A DNA stretch of 61,831 bases from Chiloscyllium plagiosum (lineage: Eukaryota). The stretch is from positions 75,406,965 to 75,468,795 of the forward strand of contig NC_057719.1 of assembly GCF_004010195.1 (NCBI RefSeq), given 5' to 3'. The notes beneath the pieces were generated by a model. That model was not told where the DNA came from and searched no databases. It saw nothing but the letters and a program-made list of their open reading frames with translations. Positions 12,570 to 24,964 of this stretch are shown in pieces (the first letter of the stretch is position 1; the number at the start of each line of letters is the position of its first letter). The translations under genes were made by a program, and so were the position numbers.

Positions 12570-14160
12570 GAGGAAGTAATGAAGATTTTGGAAGGTTTAA
12601 AAGTGGACATATTCCCAAATCCAGATGAGTAGTATCCCAGGCTGTTGTTGGAGATGAGGGAGGGAATTAAAGAGAATATGATCCAAATTTTTAATTTTTC
12701 TCTGGCCACAAGAGATGTGCCAGAGAACTAGAGGGCTTCTAATGTGGTTCTACTCTTCAAGAAGGGTGGTAGAGAGAGATTGGGGAATTATGGGCCAGGT
12801 TGTGTCTCCTTGGTGGGAGGGGAACCTTGGAGAAAATTCTAAAGGAGTGAAGTAATCTTCATCTGGAGAGGCAAGATTTGATCAGGGATAGTCAGCCTGG
12901 CTTTGTCAGAGGGCAGCCAAGCCTAGCACATTTGACTGAATTTTTCGAGGAGGTGGCCAGGCGTGTAGACCTAGGTAGTGCAGTCGATGGATTTCAGCAA
13001 AACCTTTGATAAGGTCCCATATAGAAGACTGAAGAAGGTATAAGGACAAGGAATCCAGTGTAACTTGGCAGATTGAATGCAAGATCAGAGGGTGGTGGTA
13101 GAAGGCTGTTTTATATGACTGAAGCAATGTAGATGAGAATGTGGGAAGGGATGAGAAGTTTGTGGATGACACAAAGGATTGGTTGGGTTATTGACAGTGC
13201 TGAAGAGGGCCTTTGGTTACAGGAAGGTATAGACTGGACAGATGGGTGGATCAGTGGCAGATGGGATTTAACCCTGAAAAGTATGAGGCCATTCACTTTG
13301 GAAATAGTCACAAGACAAGGGAGTAAGTACTCAATGAATGGTAGGGCGCTAGGAATCTCAGGAAAAGAGGGATCTTGAAGTGTTTGTACATAAAAATCTG
13401 AAAGTGGCAAGTCAGGTTAATAGGACTGTTAAGAAGGCATATGAGGCACTTGGTCTTATCAGTCGTCATGATTTGGAGATGCCGGTGTTGGACCGGGGTG
13501 TACAAAGTTAAAAATCTCACAACAGGTTATAGTCCAACGGGTTTAATTGGAAGCATTAGCTTTCGGAGCACCGCTGAAGGAGCTAGTGCTTCTGATTAAA
13601 CCTGTTGGACTATAACCTGGTGTTGTGTGATTTTTAACCTTATCAGTCGTGGTACAGATTATAGGAGTGGGAAGTTATCTCTGAGGTGTACAGAACTTTG
13701 GTTAGGCCACACCACACTACAGGAAGAATGTAATTACATTGGATGGAGTGCAGAGGAGATTCACCAGAATGTTGCTGGGGTGGAGCATTTCAACTCCGAA
13801 GAGAGGCTGGGTAACCTCGGTTGCTCTGTTTTTTAGAGTGGAGAAGGCTAAGAAGGGACTTGATTGAGGGGAATGGATAAGGCTGCTTCCCCTGCGCCCC
13901 ACCCCCCAAAGAAAAACCCTGGTTGAACTGTAAATAATGAGATGACGTGATTTTAAGGTGAGAAGCAGGAGAGTTTGAGGGGGAGAAATGGCATCCAGAA
14001 AATGGTGGGAATCTGGAATACACTGACTGGGAGGGTAGTGGAGGTGGGAAACCTCATACGTTTACAAAGCACATGGACTTGAAGTGAGGATTAGTGTAGA
14101 TAGGTCAGTGCAGGTTCGATAGACCAAAGGGACTCTTCTGCATTGTATAATTCTATGAAC
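12570..14160 (+). mobile_element. Old CR1 LINE RT/3' region, interrupted at 13467-13638
   Basis: Degenerate RT motifs (atggatttcagcaaaacctttgataaggtccca; aagtttgtggatgacacaaag) and a CR1-like 3' end. Confidence 0.8.
13467..13638. mobile_element. Hairpin-shaped Penelope-terminus-derived insertion with 12-bp TSD
   Basis: TSD cttatcagtcgt at 13455-13466 and 13639-13650. Inverted arms of about 57-60 nt (13505-13561 versus 13581-13641). Confidence 0.8.
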
Positions 14161-14394
14161 TGATTAACCTGAGACTATTCTAGTAATTCTCTTCTGAATG
14201 CACTAAGGCTTTGCCATCCTCCCTAAAGAGTGTTTTGCAGAATTGAATAAGACTGTGCCTTACCCAGTGTTTTATGAAGGTTTCTCATAATTTCCCTGCT
14301 TTTGCAATCTCTGATAATAAGGATTCAATATGCTTTGTAAGTGACCTAGTCAGCTTATTAAGCCACCTTCAATGATTGTGTGCATGCACTCTCA

Positions 14395-14735
14395 CATAGA
14401 GCCATAGAGATGTACAGCATGGAAACAGACTCTTCAGTCCAACCCAATCTAGTCCTACCTGCCAGCACCCGGCCCATTTCCCTCCCAACCTTTCCTATTC
14501 ATATACCCATGCAAATGGCTCTTAAATGTTGCAGTTGTACCAGCCTCCACCACTTCCTTTGGCAACTCATTCCATACACGTACCACCCTCTGCGTGAAAA
14601 GGTTGCCCCTTAGGTCTCTCTTATATCTTTCCCCTCTCACCCTAAACCTATGCCTTTTAGTTCTGGACTCCCCGGCCCCAGGGAAAATACTTTGTCTATT
14701 TATCCTATCCATGCCCCTCATGATTTTGTAAACCT
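14395..14735 (-). mobile_element. CR1 3' end
   Basis: ORF 14455..14721(-) MRGMDRINRQSIFPG...TQRVVRVWNELP. Confidence 0.9.
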
Positions 14736-16069
14736 ATTTCCACAAAACTAACTTTGAGAAATACTTATTTCTAGGAGGAATTTGGCATTGGGTGAACTCA
14801 TAGCTGCAGTGCTGAGCCTTAAAAATCTGTAGCATTGGGGAGCTATCTATATTAGGAAGTGGTTTAATTTTCAGTCTTGTAGTTGGAGCTTTGATCTTTA
14901 CATGTGTTTTCTGTTTGCTAATAATATCAGCAATTTGAACCCAAGCTCCTGGCTAATTAAGATGTTATTTATCTCATTTTATAAAGCTCTATATAATGGT
15001 CCCATCATAAATCCAGTGTTCCAATCTTGTTCAATAAATGTAGAAACCTTGCATTAATGTATTTAGTGTCAAATTTTACACTTTCATTACCAACTAAGTT
15101 ATAGCAGTGTACGTTGAGTGGTTAGAACATTGACACCGCAAGGACGCGATGCCCCAGATTTTCCTGTCAAATTAGCAGTGAAACTAACTACATATTTATG
15201 TACATTTGGTTGAGCCAGACAGGAGAGGAAATTGCATTTAAACTCAAATATCCTAAGGTTGCTGCCCTAGTTACTATTGATCCAGCATTAATTACTTCTG
15301 AAAATGCAGAGCATCTTTTTTGACCGCCTTTGCTGTGAACTGCTTTGATTGTGAAGTTGCTGTTTTAATTTTGGATAATGCAGAATTGCATAATACAGAA
15401 AGGTCTTCTGCCCAACTTGTGTAGTTAAAATGTCTGAGCATTCAAGTCTCCTTCCATTTACCTCTGACTTTTAGTTCATCTTGGCCTTTCAGAGTAACCT
15501 TTTTTTTAAACCATACTCTCTCAATTTTTCTCCCCAATCATTTAACTCAATCATTTTCTATGCTAGCGAACTACAACACAAGAACAAAATGTAATCACTC
15601 TGAATAAAGACATTTCTTCTTATTCTCCCTTAATTTATGTAAGTGTCTTTATATTGGTAGCTTCTAGTTTGGAATCTCCCAAATGGAGATATTCTCCCCC
15701 CATCTACACTCACCTACTCTTTCAAACTTCGAATCTTTACCAGAATATTTCTAGACCTTTTTCCCCGAAGGACAATTGCACCAATCTGTTTGATCTTTCC
15801 TGACAGTTACCACCTCTGAAATGTGGTACCATCTTTGTCAGTCTTTTCAGTGTATCCTTTCAGTGGTGGGTTGAGTATTTGTAACGTGCTGTTGAGGGGT
15901 TCCTCTTTCTGTGCCACCCCCTTCTGAGCCATTGACAGCCAGTTGGTACACATACAGATGTTGGATGATGGACAATGGCACACAAATTTGTAACCTAACC
16001 CACTTTCTCTACCATATGACCACGTAGCTGATGAACTGCACAATCCTTTTGCCCACTGTTCAAGCTGGA

Positions 16070-16389
16070 TAGAATCATAGAATCCCTACAGTGGGGAAAC
16101 AAGGCCACAACAGGTTCACACCGACCCTCCGAAGAGTAACCCACTCAGACCCATTCCCCTACCCAACTAAAGCCCTTAAACTACGCATCCCTGAACACTA
16201 TATAACGTGGCCAATTCCCCTAACCTATACATCTTCAGTTTGTGGGAGGAAACCGGAGCACCTGAAGGAAACCCACGCAGACATGGGGAATGTGTGCAGA
16301 CTCCACACAGTCGCCCCGAGGCTGGAATCGCACCCGGGTCCCTGATGCTGTGAGGCAGCAGTGCTAACCACTGAGCCACCGTAGCACCC
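16070..16389 (-). mobile_element. HE1-type tRNA-derived SINE (V-SINE)
   Basis: Reverse complement of the family seen at 38674-38995. A-box tggctcagtgg and central gtgggtttcc..ggtgctccggtttcctcccaca domain. Confidence 0.9.
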
Positions 16390-16507
16390 TAGGAATGTAC
16401 TCGCATAGAGAAACCATATCTCTGAAATACTTCAGAGTCTCAAGTGAAATGAATCAACAGGTAAATAGGTGAATTAAGTTGCTGCACATCAAATCTCTCA
16501 AACATTT

Positions 16508-16808
16508 GGGCAGCATGGTGGCACAGTGGTTAGCACTGCTGCCTCACAGCGCCAGAGACCCGGGTTCAATTCCCGCCTCAGGCAATTGGCTGTATGGAGT
16601 TTGCACATTCTCCCTGTGTCTGCGTGGGTTTCCTCCGGGTGCTCCGGTTTCCTCCCACAATCCAAAAATGTGCAAGTTAGGTGAATTGGCCATGCTAAAT
16701 TGCCTGTAGTGTTAGGTGAAGGAGTCTGGGTGGGTTGTTCTTCAGAGGGTCGGTGTGGACTTGTTGGGCCGAAGGGCCTGTTTCCACACTGTAAGTAATC
16801 TAATCTAA
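16508..16808 (+). mobile_element. HE1-type SINE
   Basis: A-box tggcacagtgg, B-box ggttcaattcc, V-domain, CR1-like tail ending taatct repeats. Confidence 0.92.
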
Positions 16809-17139
16809 ATAATCATGTAATCTAATTTTAGTGGTGCCAGTTGAAGAGTTTGTTGTTTTTGACCAATGTGCTGGCAGAACTCAGTTCTTTGTATAGTGCA
16901 GTGAGATATGCAAGCTTAGGCATACAGATGCTCATTTCAATGTTAAATTCCATGTCTCCACCAAATATTTCTCAGCGTCAGTGATCTCTCCTATAAGCAA
17001 ACTCCAAGCTTGTGATAAGCTGGAGCATATCTTTACCTTTCAATATTTCGTAGATTGATCTGTGTCCTTAGAAGTAAAATGTTAAATAGGCACCATGATG
17101 TTTCATGTGTCCCATCTGTACGTTCCAGAAGGCAGGCAA

Positions 17140-18125
17140 AATAGACAGGCAGGAGGCTGGAAGAATACAGCAGGCCAAGCAGCATCAGGAGGTGGAGAAG
17201 TCAGCATTTCAGGTATAACCCTTCTTCAGGACTGGAGGTGGGTGTGGGCTAGCTGCAGATAAAGGGTATGGCGGGGGCAGGGTGGTGAAGTGGGGATGGG
17301 TGAATGTGGGTGGACGGTACAATCTGGTTGGTCATTGGGATGAATGAATCTGGTTGGTGGCAGGGAGCAGTGGAAGGGAGGGGGAGGGGCTGGGAAGGGA
17401 GTCAGGGGATGGGGAGGGAGGTTATTAGAAATTGGCGATCTCCGTGTAGGCTCTCTGGACTGTAGGCTGCCCAAGCGGAAGGTGAGGTGTTGTTCCTCCA
17501 ATTTGCGGTGTGGTTCATTTTGCAAATGGCAGAGACCAAAGACGGTCATGTCGGAAAGGGTGTGGGAGGGGGAATTGAAATGGACGGTGACTGGGAGGTC
17601 TGGTTGGCCCCTGTGGCCCCGGCTGTGAAGCTCGGTGAACCGTTCCCTAAGTTTACATTTGGTCTCCCCGATGTAGAGAGGACCATATCGGGTGCACCTG
17701 ATGCAGTAAACTAGGTTGGAGGAGAGGCAGGTGAACCTCTGTCTTATCTGGAAGGGGGTGGGGAGAGAGTGGGGAGAGTAGCACAAACCAAGGACTCTCA
17801 AAGAGAATGGTCCTTGCAGAAGGCAGAGAGCGGTGGGGAGGGGAAGATGTTCTTGGTGGTGGGGTCTAGTTGGAGTTGGCTGAAGTGTTTAAGGATGATG
17901 TGTTGGATGTGGAGCCTGGTGGGGTGGTCGGTGTGGACCAGGTTGACTCTGTCTTTATTGCATTTGGTGGGGCGGTGTGGTATTTAAAGCAATGGAACGG
18001 TGAATGGAGGTCGTGAGTCTGAGAGCTGTCTGGATGATGGGGGGAGAAAAACACGTTGCTTAAGGTAGGTGGACATCTGGGATGCTCGCGAGTGGAAATG
18101 TCTCCTCATCCAAGCAGGTGGGGTG
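17140..18125 (-). mobile_element. Penelope-like retroelement fragment (GIY-YIG plus terminus)
   Basis: ORF 17226..17801(-): FTCLSSNLVYCIRC..LYIGETKCKLRERF..HFNSPSH..RKLEEQHLTFRLGSLQ. Hammerhead-like core at 17199-17233. Confidence 0.88.
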
Positions 18126-18189
18126 GAGGCAGAGGAGTTGGGAGAAGGCAGGCAAACAGATGTGTACAGATCAACTGTACTAAGTTGAT

Positions 18190-18262
18190 CCTGGATCAGT
18201 GGTGCTGGAAGAGCACAGCAATTCAGGCAGCATCCGACGAGCAGCAAAATCGACGTTTCGGA
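18190..18262 (-). mobile_element. Penelope terminal-repeat fragment
   Basis: Minus strand ccgaaacgtcgattttgctgctcgtcggatgctgcctgaattgctgtgctcttccagcac retains the GAAACGUC half of the ribozyme core. Confidence 0.65.
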
Positions 18263-19361
18263 CTGAGTTGATGCTAATTGTTCACTAAGAAACCAGTTTA
18301 TTTTAGACACTACCATCACAGAGCAGAATGCATTTTTCTTTGAAATTTTGTCTACTTCCTATCATTTCTAAAACTTCTAAAAGGATCTGTGTAAACTTAG
18401 CCCACGGTTATAGGCTTTGCTTCATTTCATGCATTATTATTTGCAGAAGTTACTGATACAGGTAGCAGATGGGAACAAGTGCTCTCTCTTCTTGCAATTT
18501 CAGAATGTCGCACAAAAACACAATCTCTGACCCCCTCACAACATTAAAGCCCTATTGTCAGTTCAGGAAAATAACAGCCTCAGACCCCATACCTCCCTTT
18601 GGCATAGGACCTATAGTAATAGATTTGCCAGTTAGGGCTACTTCTGTGCTCAATAAATATAAGACATTCAAGCATTGTTTCCAATTCTCTCTGGGATGTG
18701 TTGCTCAGCTTATGCGCTCAAATCGATGTGCTCACAGCTTTTAAAGCCTAACCCTTGGGCCGGTTCATCTGAATTCATGGCCAGTCCTTGCTTCAGCTGC
18801 TCCAAGGTATTTTTTTAATATATTGCTTTCAGATCAGAAGGTTTGCTGAACCTTTGAGAATTCATTACAATCTTGAACTTGACCTTGTGCATCTCACTAT
18901 ATGTCTCTGATACAAAAATACTTCCCAGGCCAATTGTGGGGGGAAAAAATAAGTGAAAACATGATAGACATTTTCTCCAGCACCAAGTTGAAGTGTCAGC
19001 CTAGATGTATGTGCTTAAGTTCTGCAGCCTTCTAACCTCTTGCCAAGATTATTCTTGTACTTGCATTGCCAGTCTAATGGACGAGTCTCAGCAGTCCATA
19101 CTTTAATGTCTGTTCATACTGGAAGATCTAGATGAAGCTTTAGGAATGGGCCCAGGATAAATAACCAGTGGCAAACCCTGTCTAACTGTTATGTACCTTT
19201 TAGTTACAGGGCTTATCTAATATTCTAATAAGCTTCTTCCCTTGTCATAATCATTGTCTTCAATTTGAGATACCAGTTTTCTTCACAAACAATCATGTAT
19301 AATCAGTAATTGTTGAGTTTCTGTTATGAATTCAAATGTACACAGTAAAAATGGAATCTGT

Positions 19362-20581
19362 GGGAGATTCTAGATGGCGGCAGTCTGAACAGTCTGCTGT
19401 GTTGTGCGCTGTGCCATACCCCAGGTAAGGTGGGCTCCTACCCACCGCTCCCCCCTCCCCTCCCGAGGAAAGTTTGTAAAGTAAGTAGAATACCTAGAGC
19501 TCTTTTAAATCAAGATTTGCCAGATCTGAAGCTGAAATGAAGACATCGGGGGCACTCCCCTACTATGACGGGCACACCTGCAGCAGTTACCTAGACTCCT
19601 GTGGCGGCGTCCTTAAGTTCAGTGAGGCAACAGTATTTACTCACGGAGTTCACAAAACTCTGTGAAAAAGTTGAGGTAGCGCTGGAACCAATTGTTGCCA
19701 TGCTGACAAAGCGTGAGCAGGAGATCCGGACTTTGGATCAGCGTGCAGAAGGGGTAGAACAGAGGACCACTGCCTTGGAGGCCACGACGGAGAGCTGTGA
19801 GTGGTGGATAGGTTTGGGCCTTGCAGGAACAAGTAGACGACTTTGAAAACTGAGGTCGGAGAGAAAAGTTTACGGATTGTGGGATTTGCCGGAGCATGAA
19901 GAAGGTGAAAACCTTGCTGATTTTCTTGAAGTGGCTTCCAGAGTTGCTGGGCCTGGAGATTAAGTCGTGCCGGGTGAGTGTGGAGCAGGCCCACTGGGTC
20001 ACAATGCACAGGTCCGGGCTAGCTCAGCGCCCTCGTCTGGTCCTCATGCGACTCCAGCATTATAAGGGAAAGCACTTCATAATAGAAACAGCCACAAGTA
20101 TGGGAAAAGATCCACAGGCTTTGGCTTATAATGGTTTGAGGATAATGTTTTTTCATGACTTTTCTGGGGCTATAATTGAGAAAAGGAAGATCTTTGATGA
20201 GTAAAGAAAAAAATTAAGAGATTTAAACATTCAATATTCTCTGATGTACCTGGCAGTGCTACGTTTCAATTATGGGGGAACTGTCTACAACTTTGACTTG
20301 ATGGTGGTGCTGCGGCGAGTGGCGTAATGTAATATAGTACAATGTAGTGTACTTTAATTTTAGTGGATTGTAATTTAATTTCATTTTATTTAATTTGAGT
20401 TTATGCTAATTTTGCTGAAGTGTATATGAGTTGACTATCTTGAAGAATAGGCAGTTTATTGTCAATGTTACTGTAATATAATACAATCATATTTCTACTT
20501 TTGTACTTTTATAACTTTTCTCAGTTTGCTTTTTGTAAAAGTGAAAAATTTTTTCAATAAATATACACATTTTAAAAAACA
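19362..20581 (+). mobile_element. L1-clade element containing 5'UTR, disrupted ORF1 and 3' end but no ORF2
   Basis: ORF 19601..19846 is coiled-coil-like. ORF 19896..20204 (EQAHWV..RPRLVLMRL..IMFFHDFSGAIIEKRKIFDE) is L1 ORF1p RRM/CTD-like. AATAAA at 20556-20561, short A tract, and ggaatctgt repeated at 19353-19361 and 20582-20590. Confidence 0.82.
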
Positions 20582-21469
20582 GGAATCTGTAGCTGTGTTG
20601 CAGTATAATTGACAGCACTAGTGGAAATTGCTTTGTAGTCTGTTTTGTGTTACACAGCTCCTCAACCTGTACTGTTGGATAACTCTGCTGTTCCAACCAA
20701 TCATTGTTCCTATTTCAGTTCTTTTACTGAACTGTATATGTATAAAAATGACTTTGCAAAACTGTGTGCAACTCTGTAATTCAGTCATAATTTCAACACA
20801 TCTTGCTCCCATTAGTTCTAGTTGGCTAATACTGCTTCATCCAAAGAACTCATTTAACTTTGTTATCCTGTGTGTAGTGTTTTCCAAGGTTGGTTAGTAG
20901 TTAATAGTTGCAAGAAACAATCTTCCACTTAACTTGTCAAATAGATGAAATGGCTTTTTAAAAAAAAAACCACAGCTCCAAGAACCAAATTAAACCTTTT
21001 AAACAATGACTGTTCAATGGTGTTTTTTTTCTCTTTTGGGAATGTTACATCCAGTCGATTGCTAACTTTCTTCGTGAAAATTCAGATTTTGCGATTTTTT
21101 TTTAAGTCGTCCCTTGTTTTAAGTAGAACAGCTTATATATAGGCAGTCAGCAATTGCCTAACTGAAATTATTTTGACCTCTAGTTTGGAAAACAAACTGT
21201 CAGCTAAGTACAAATTAAAGCAATGGCACAATACTTGCAGCACAATCTTTCAAATTTTAGTGAAGCCTATAACTGAAAGCTCCAGCATTTTGTCAAAATA
21301 AACTTTGTAATGCAATTGTAGTGTTTGACCTGAGTGTAGTGGCTGGATCAATTTCAAACGGTAATGATGCAAATATGATTTATTTTCACTTGTCACAGCA
21401 TTGTGGCTCAGACGACAGTGTCTCACAGTTAGGAGACCTTTGACTCTAGTGTCTCAAATTATAACAAAA

Positions 21470-21605
21470 ACTTCTGAAGAAGGGTTGCTGGGCCTGAAAT
21501 GGTAACTTCACTTTCTCCCCACAGGTGCTGCCAGATCTGCTGTGCATTTTCCAGCAATTGCTGTTTTTGTTTATGATTTACAACATCTGTACTACTTTGG
21601 TTAAT
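21470..21605 (+). mobile_element. Solo Penelope terminus with hammerhead-like core
   Basis: CTGAAGA-A-GGGTT-GCTG-GGCCT-GAAA (21474-21499), followed by the family tail tgctgccagatctgctg...ttccagcaa. Confidence 0.65.
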
Positions 21606-21817
21606 TTGTTTTGGTCAGACTTGACCATTTTCAGTGTCTTTCCCTGAGGTTGTGAGAAAGTCTGGGAACTTGCTGGAGGAGGGGATAACTTCACCTTTTC
21701 TAACGCTGTTGGATTGGGAACTGGATCTCCACTGAGAACAGACTGTGTTTTCTACTCCATCATAACCTCAGTATTCCCAAAGCACCATTCTACTCCAGTG
21801 TTCTAACTTAATTAAAA

Positions 21818-22136
21818 AGATTAGATTAGATTCCCTACAGTGTGGAAACAGACCCTTCGGCCCAACAAGTCCACACCGACCTCTGAAGAGTAATCCACCC
21901 AGATCCATTCCCCTATCCTATATTTACCCCTGACTAATGCACCTAACACTATGGGCAATTAATCTGACATGCACATCTTTGGATTGTGGGAGGGAACAGG
22001 AGTACCTGGAGGAAACCCACGCAGACGCGGGAAGAATGTGCAAAGTCCTCACAGATAGTTGCCTGAGGCTGGAATCAAACCCGGGTCTCTGGCGCTGTGA
22101 GGCAGCAGTGCTATCCACTGAGCCATCATGCCACCC
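21818..22136 (-). mobile_element. HE1-type SINE
   Basis: Full-length reverse-complement copy with an agatt-repeat tail. Confidence 0.9.
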
Positions 22137-22751
22137 ATTTATTTAAGTCTATTGTTGCATATCCTTCAAAGAGCATATCAGCAATTGCAGACAAGTTTGC
22201 ACTGAGCTATCAGAATGTGGTGTCACAATAGGAGATCTTCTGGAAATAACATGATTGATCCCTTTCCGAATTCTTAGTGAAGGTAAGTTTTGACTTAATG
22301 CTGAAATTGGAGATCCCAATCCAGGATGATTTAATCCTAACCCTAATTCATTGTTACACGTAGCTGAACGCCTTTGCATCATGGACAGACCACACTCATG
22401 AGTTTCTGCTCCTTATTGTTGTCCACTTCTTATGATTTATTGCCTCTCGTTTGACAATGAGACCATTGCTTGTCTTGCTGTTTCTTGATACTATTGAGAC
22501 AGCCAACCAAATAATTGGAATAAACCTCCTGCTCCTGAATAACAAAAGTGTGGGTGTTGAAAATTCTGAGTCAAGTGCTCAGTTTTAGTGTTATATGCTA
22601 ATCGTTTTAGAAATGGCACAAAAGTTTGTGCTTATGAATTTGACCAGAGTAAACATTGAATTCTGGCAAGTCTCAATAAATAGTTTTGTTTTTTCTAGTT
22701 TCTTTTTGAGATTCTTACGAAGCAAACTAATTATTTTCCCCCACTTTGCAG

Positions 22752-22820
22752 ATTGATCCAGCTCTTGAAGCTCAATTAAACAAGAATAAAAATAAAATTT
22801 CAATGGAATCAGAGTATGAG
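22752..22820 (+). CDS. COX16: COX16 penultimate coding exon (69 nt, phase 0/0)
   Basis: Acceptor ttttcccccactttgcag|ATT and donor GAG|gtagag. Translates to IDPALEAQLNKNKNKISMESEYE, matching the vertebrate COX16 segment (human [21 protein letters not shown], recalled). Joins in frame to the exon at 26715. Confidence 0.95.
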
Positions 22821-24964
22821 GTAGAGTATACAAATCGGGCAGCCTTGATTAACTGATCTGAAAATGATTAATATTCATCATCTAAGCTTGAGGCTATTTC
22901 ATTTTGTTCCTTTATTCTTTAATTAGTGATGGTCCTGATACATAGTTTTGATATATTTTATTCTTTTAATTCTTCTTTTGAAAAGAATTCCACTTTTGAT
23001 TGTTATCCAGAAAGTCCTATTGACCATACACACATCTGAACAACAGATGTTGAGGGGATACTATTGGGGATCTGTCATTCTGCTTACAGTAATGTCTAGG
23101 TTTACAAGTACATGGTAGCTGCTTAATACATACACAAAGAAGGTATGGCAGAGTTATGCTAATAGGCTAAATAAAGAGGAATGGGAGGAGACTCGTGAAG
23201 AGCACAAAGTCCAGCATATACAAGATGGCCCAATGGCTATTTTTCTTTGCTTTAAATTCTGTTTATTTGCATGAGGTGCTGGAGGACTAGTGATCCAACC
23301 GGGAGCCATGCATTTAGTCAAACTGGAGACAATTTGAACTGCCTGTTATGCAAAGAGAAACTACTTGTGGTTGTTTTTGCTGTTTGGTTTGGAGTGTTTT
23401 AGGGAGGGGAATGGATTCAGCTGGATGCCTGCAAGACGACCAAAGAGCTGCTGTTCTAAAATTTATCAAAGTCAACAGTTTCAGAGTTGAGACTGAATAT
23501 TGTATTAAGCTTGACATGATTCTCACCAACAGTGGAATGTGAAAAAGGATGAGGCAGAGTGTGGAACACTACAGCACCATAAATGGCCTTTTGATTTTCT
23601 GACTTGGTATTATGTCTGTTGGCCATTCACAAAAGCTGGCTTTAGGACTTGTTTACCCCCATTCCCTTCCTGACTTGTGCTGTTCCCCGTCTCCAGATCA
23701 CATTTCACACCTCCCTGTTTAACATGGTCGTGGTTCTGAGCACTTTTTGCTTTCTCCTGACTGATACAGGAGTGTCTGTGGGGACTGTTTGGTAGGGAGG
23801 AAAGAAAGAGTACTGTTCTTGGGAGGATTGAGGCTGCTGGGATTGACTAAGGTTAGCATGATGATTAATGTTACCCTGCCACCAGCTATAGGATTGATTA
23901 AAGTGACCTTTATGTCCATACTGTCCCATGAGAAGGATTTGTGCCATCCATCGGTAATTCTCATTCAGCCTAATTAATTCTGATCCCTCTGATGTGCACA
24001 GTGTAGCACAGGCATGAATTCCTGTGGCACTTTCAATATTACGCTTTTTACAGGAGAAACAAAGGTTTTCTGGCATGTGGCCAAGGTTTAAAAATAAAAC
24101 AGCTCATCAAATAATAAAATTTTTGTGGTATCTGCAATTTCCTTGTACTACGACAATTTCAATACAAAAATTAATTCCAGACACAAACTAAACTGCAGCA
24201 TGATGAACTAATTGTACACAGTATATTTGCAAGCAGCTGCCAGAGTGGATGTGATGCTTATGTAACTAGCTTCTCACTTTTTAAACCAGTGCACGTTCAA
24301 GCTCTTTGTCAAGGGCTACAATCCTGAACAAAATATCTTCCTTGAATGCTCTTTCAGATGTTCCATATTCTGCTCCATGAAAGCAGAGAAGGCCCAGGGA
24401 CTTCCCAAACAATGTGCTCTTTACAACTGCTGTGAGACTGTGGCTTGGTATTTCCTATCAAAGGTTGGAGATAGAGAGGATGGATAATTCCATTTCCATT
24501 TTAATGGGATGGTGAGAGCAGATCCCATGTTAAAATAATATCTAAAATATTGTCTGTTAAAAGAAATCAGATTAGAAAAAAGCTAAAAGAAATGAATTAC
24601 TTGGGAAGGGCGAGGAAAAAGATAATTTCTTTAAGGAGATGATATTTTTTTCCTAATGTGGTCATCCTAATTTGTTGTTGGTGATGGGAGCACAGTGTTC
24701 CTTTTTTGTTGTATTTTCCTCTCCTCTCCTCTTCCAGTGCAGACAAATATTAGGATGCCTGGGGAAATCAAATATCCATAGCATGTGAGAGAAATCAATA
24801 GGAAAGGCACGCAACTTGTTATAGAGTTCCCTTACTTTCTCTCTTGTGAAGATATTCTAACATAGCCTCGTATAGAAACACATGAAAAGGTGGCTCCTAA
24901 ACAGGGAGAAAGTAATGGCAATGACTAGCAAAAGAACAAAAGGATATCAGCTGAGAGGTGATAA

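Noticed and set aside
19601-20204. Domesticated L1TD1-like host gene
   Set aside because: Frameshifts and stops break the ORF1 homology, and the TE termini and probable TSD are still present.
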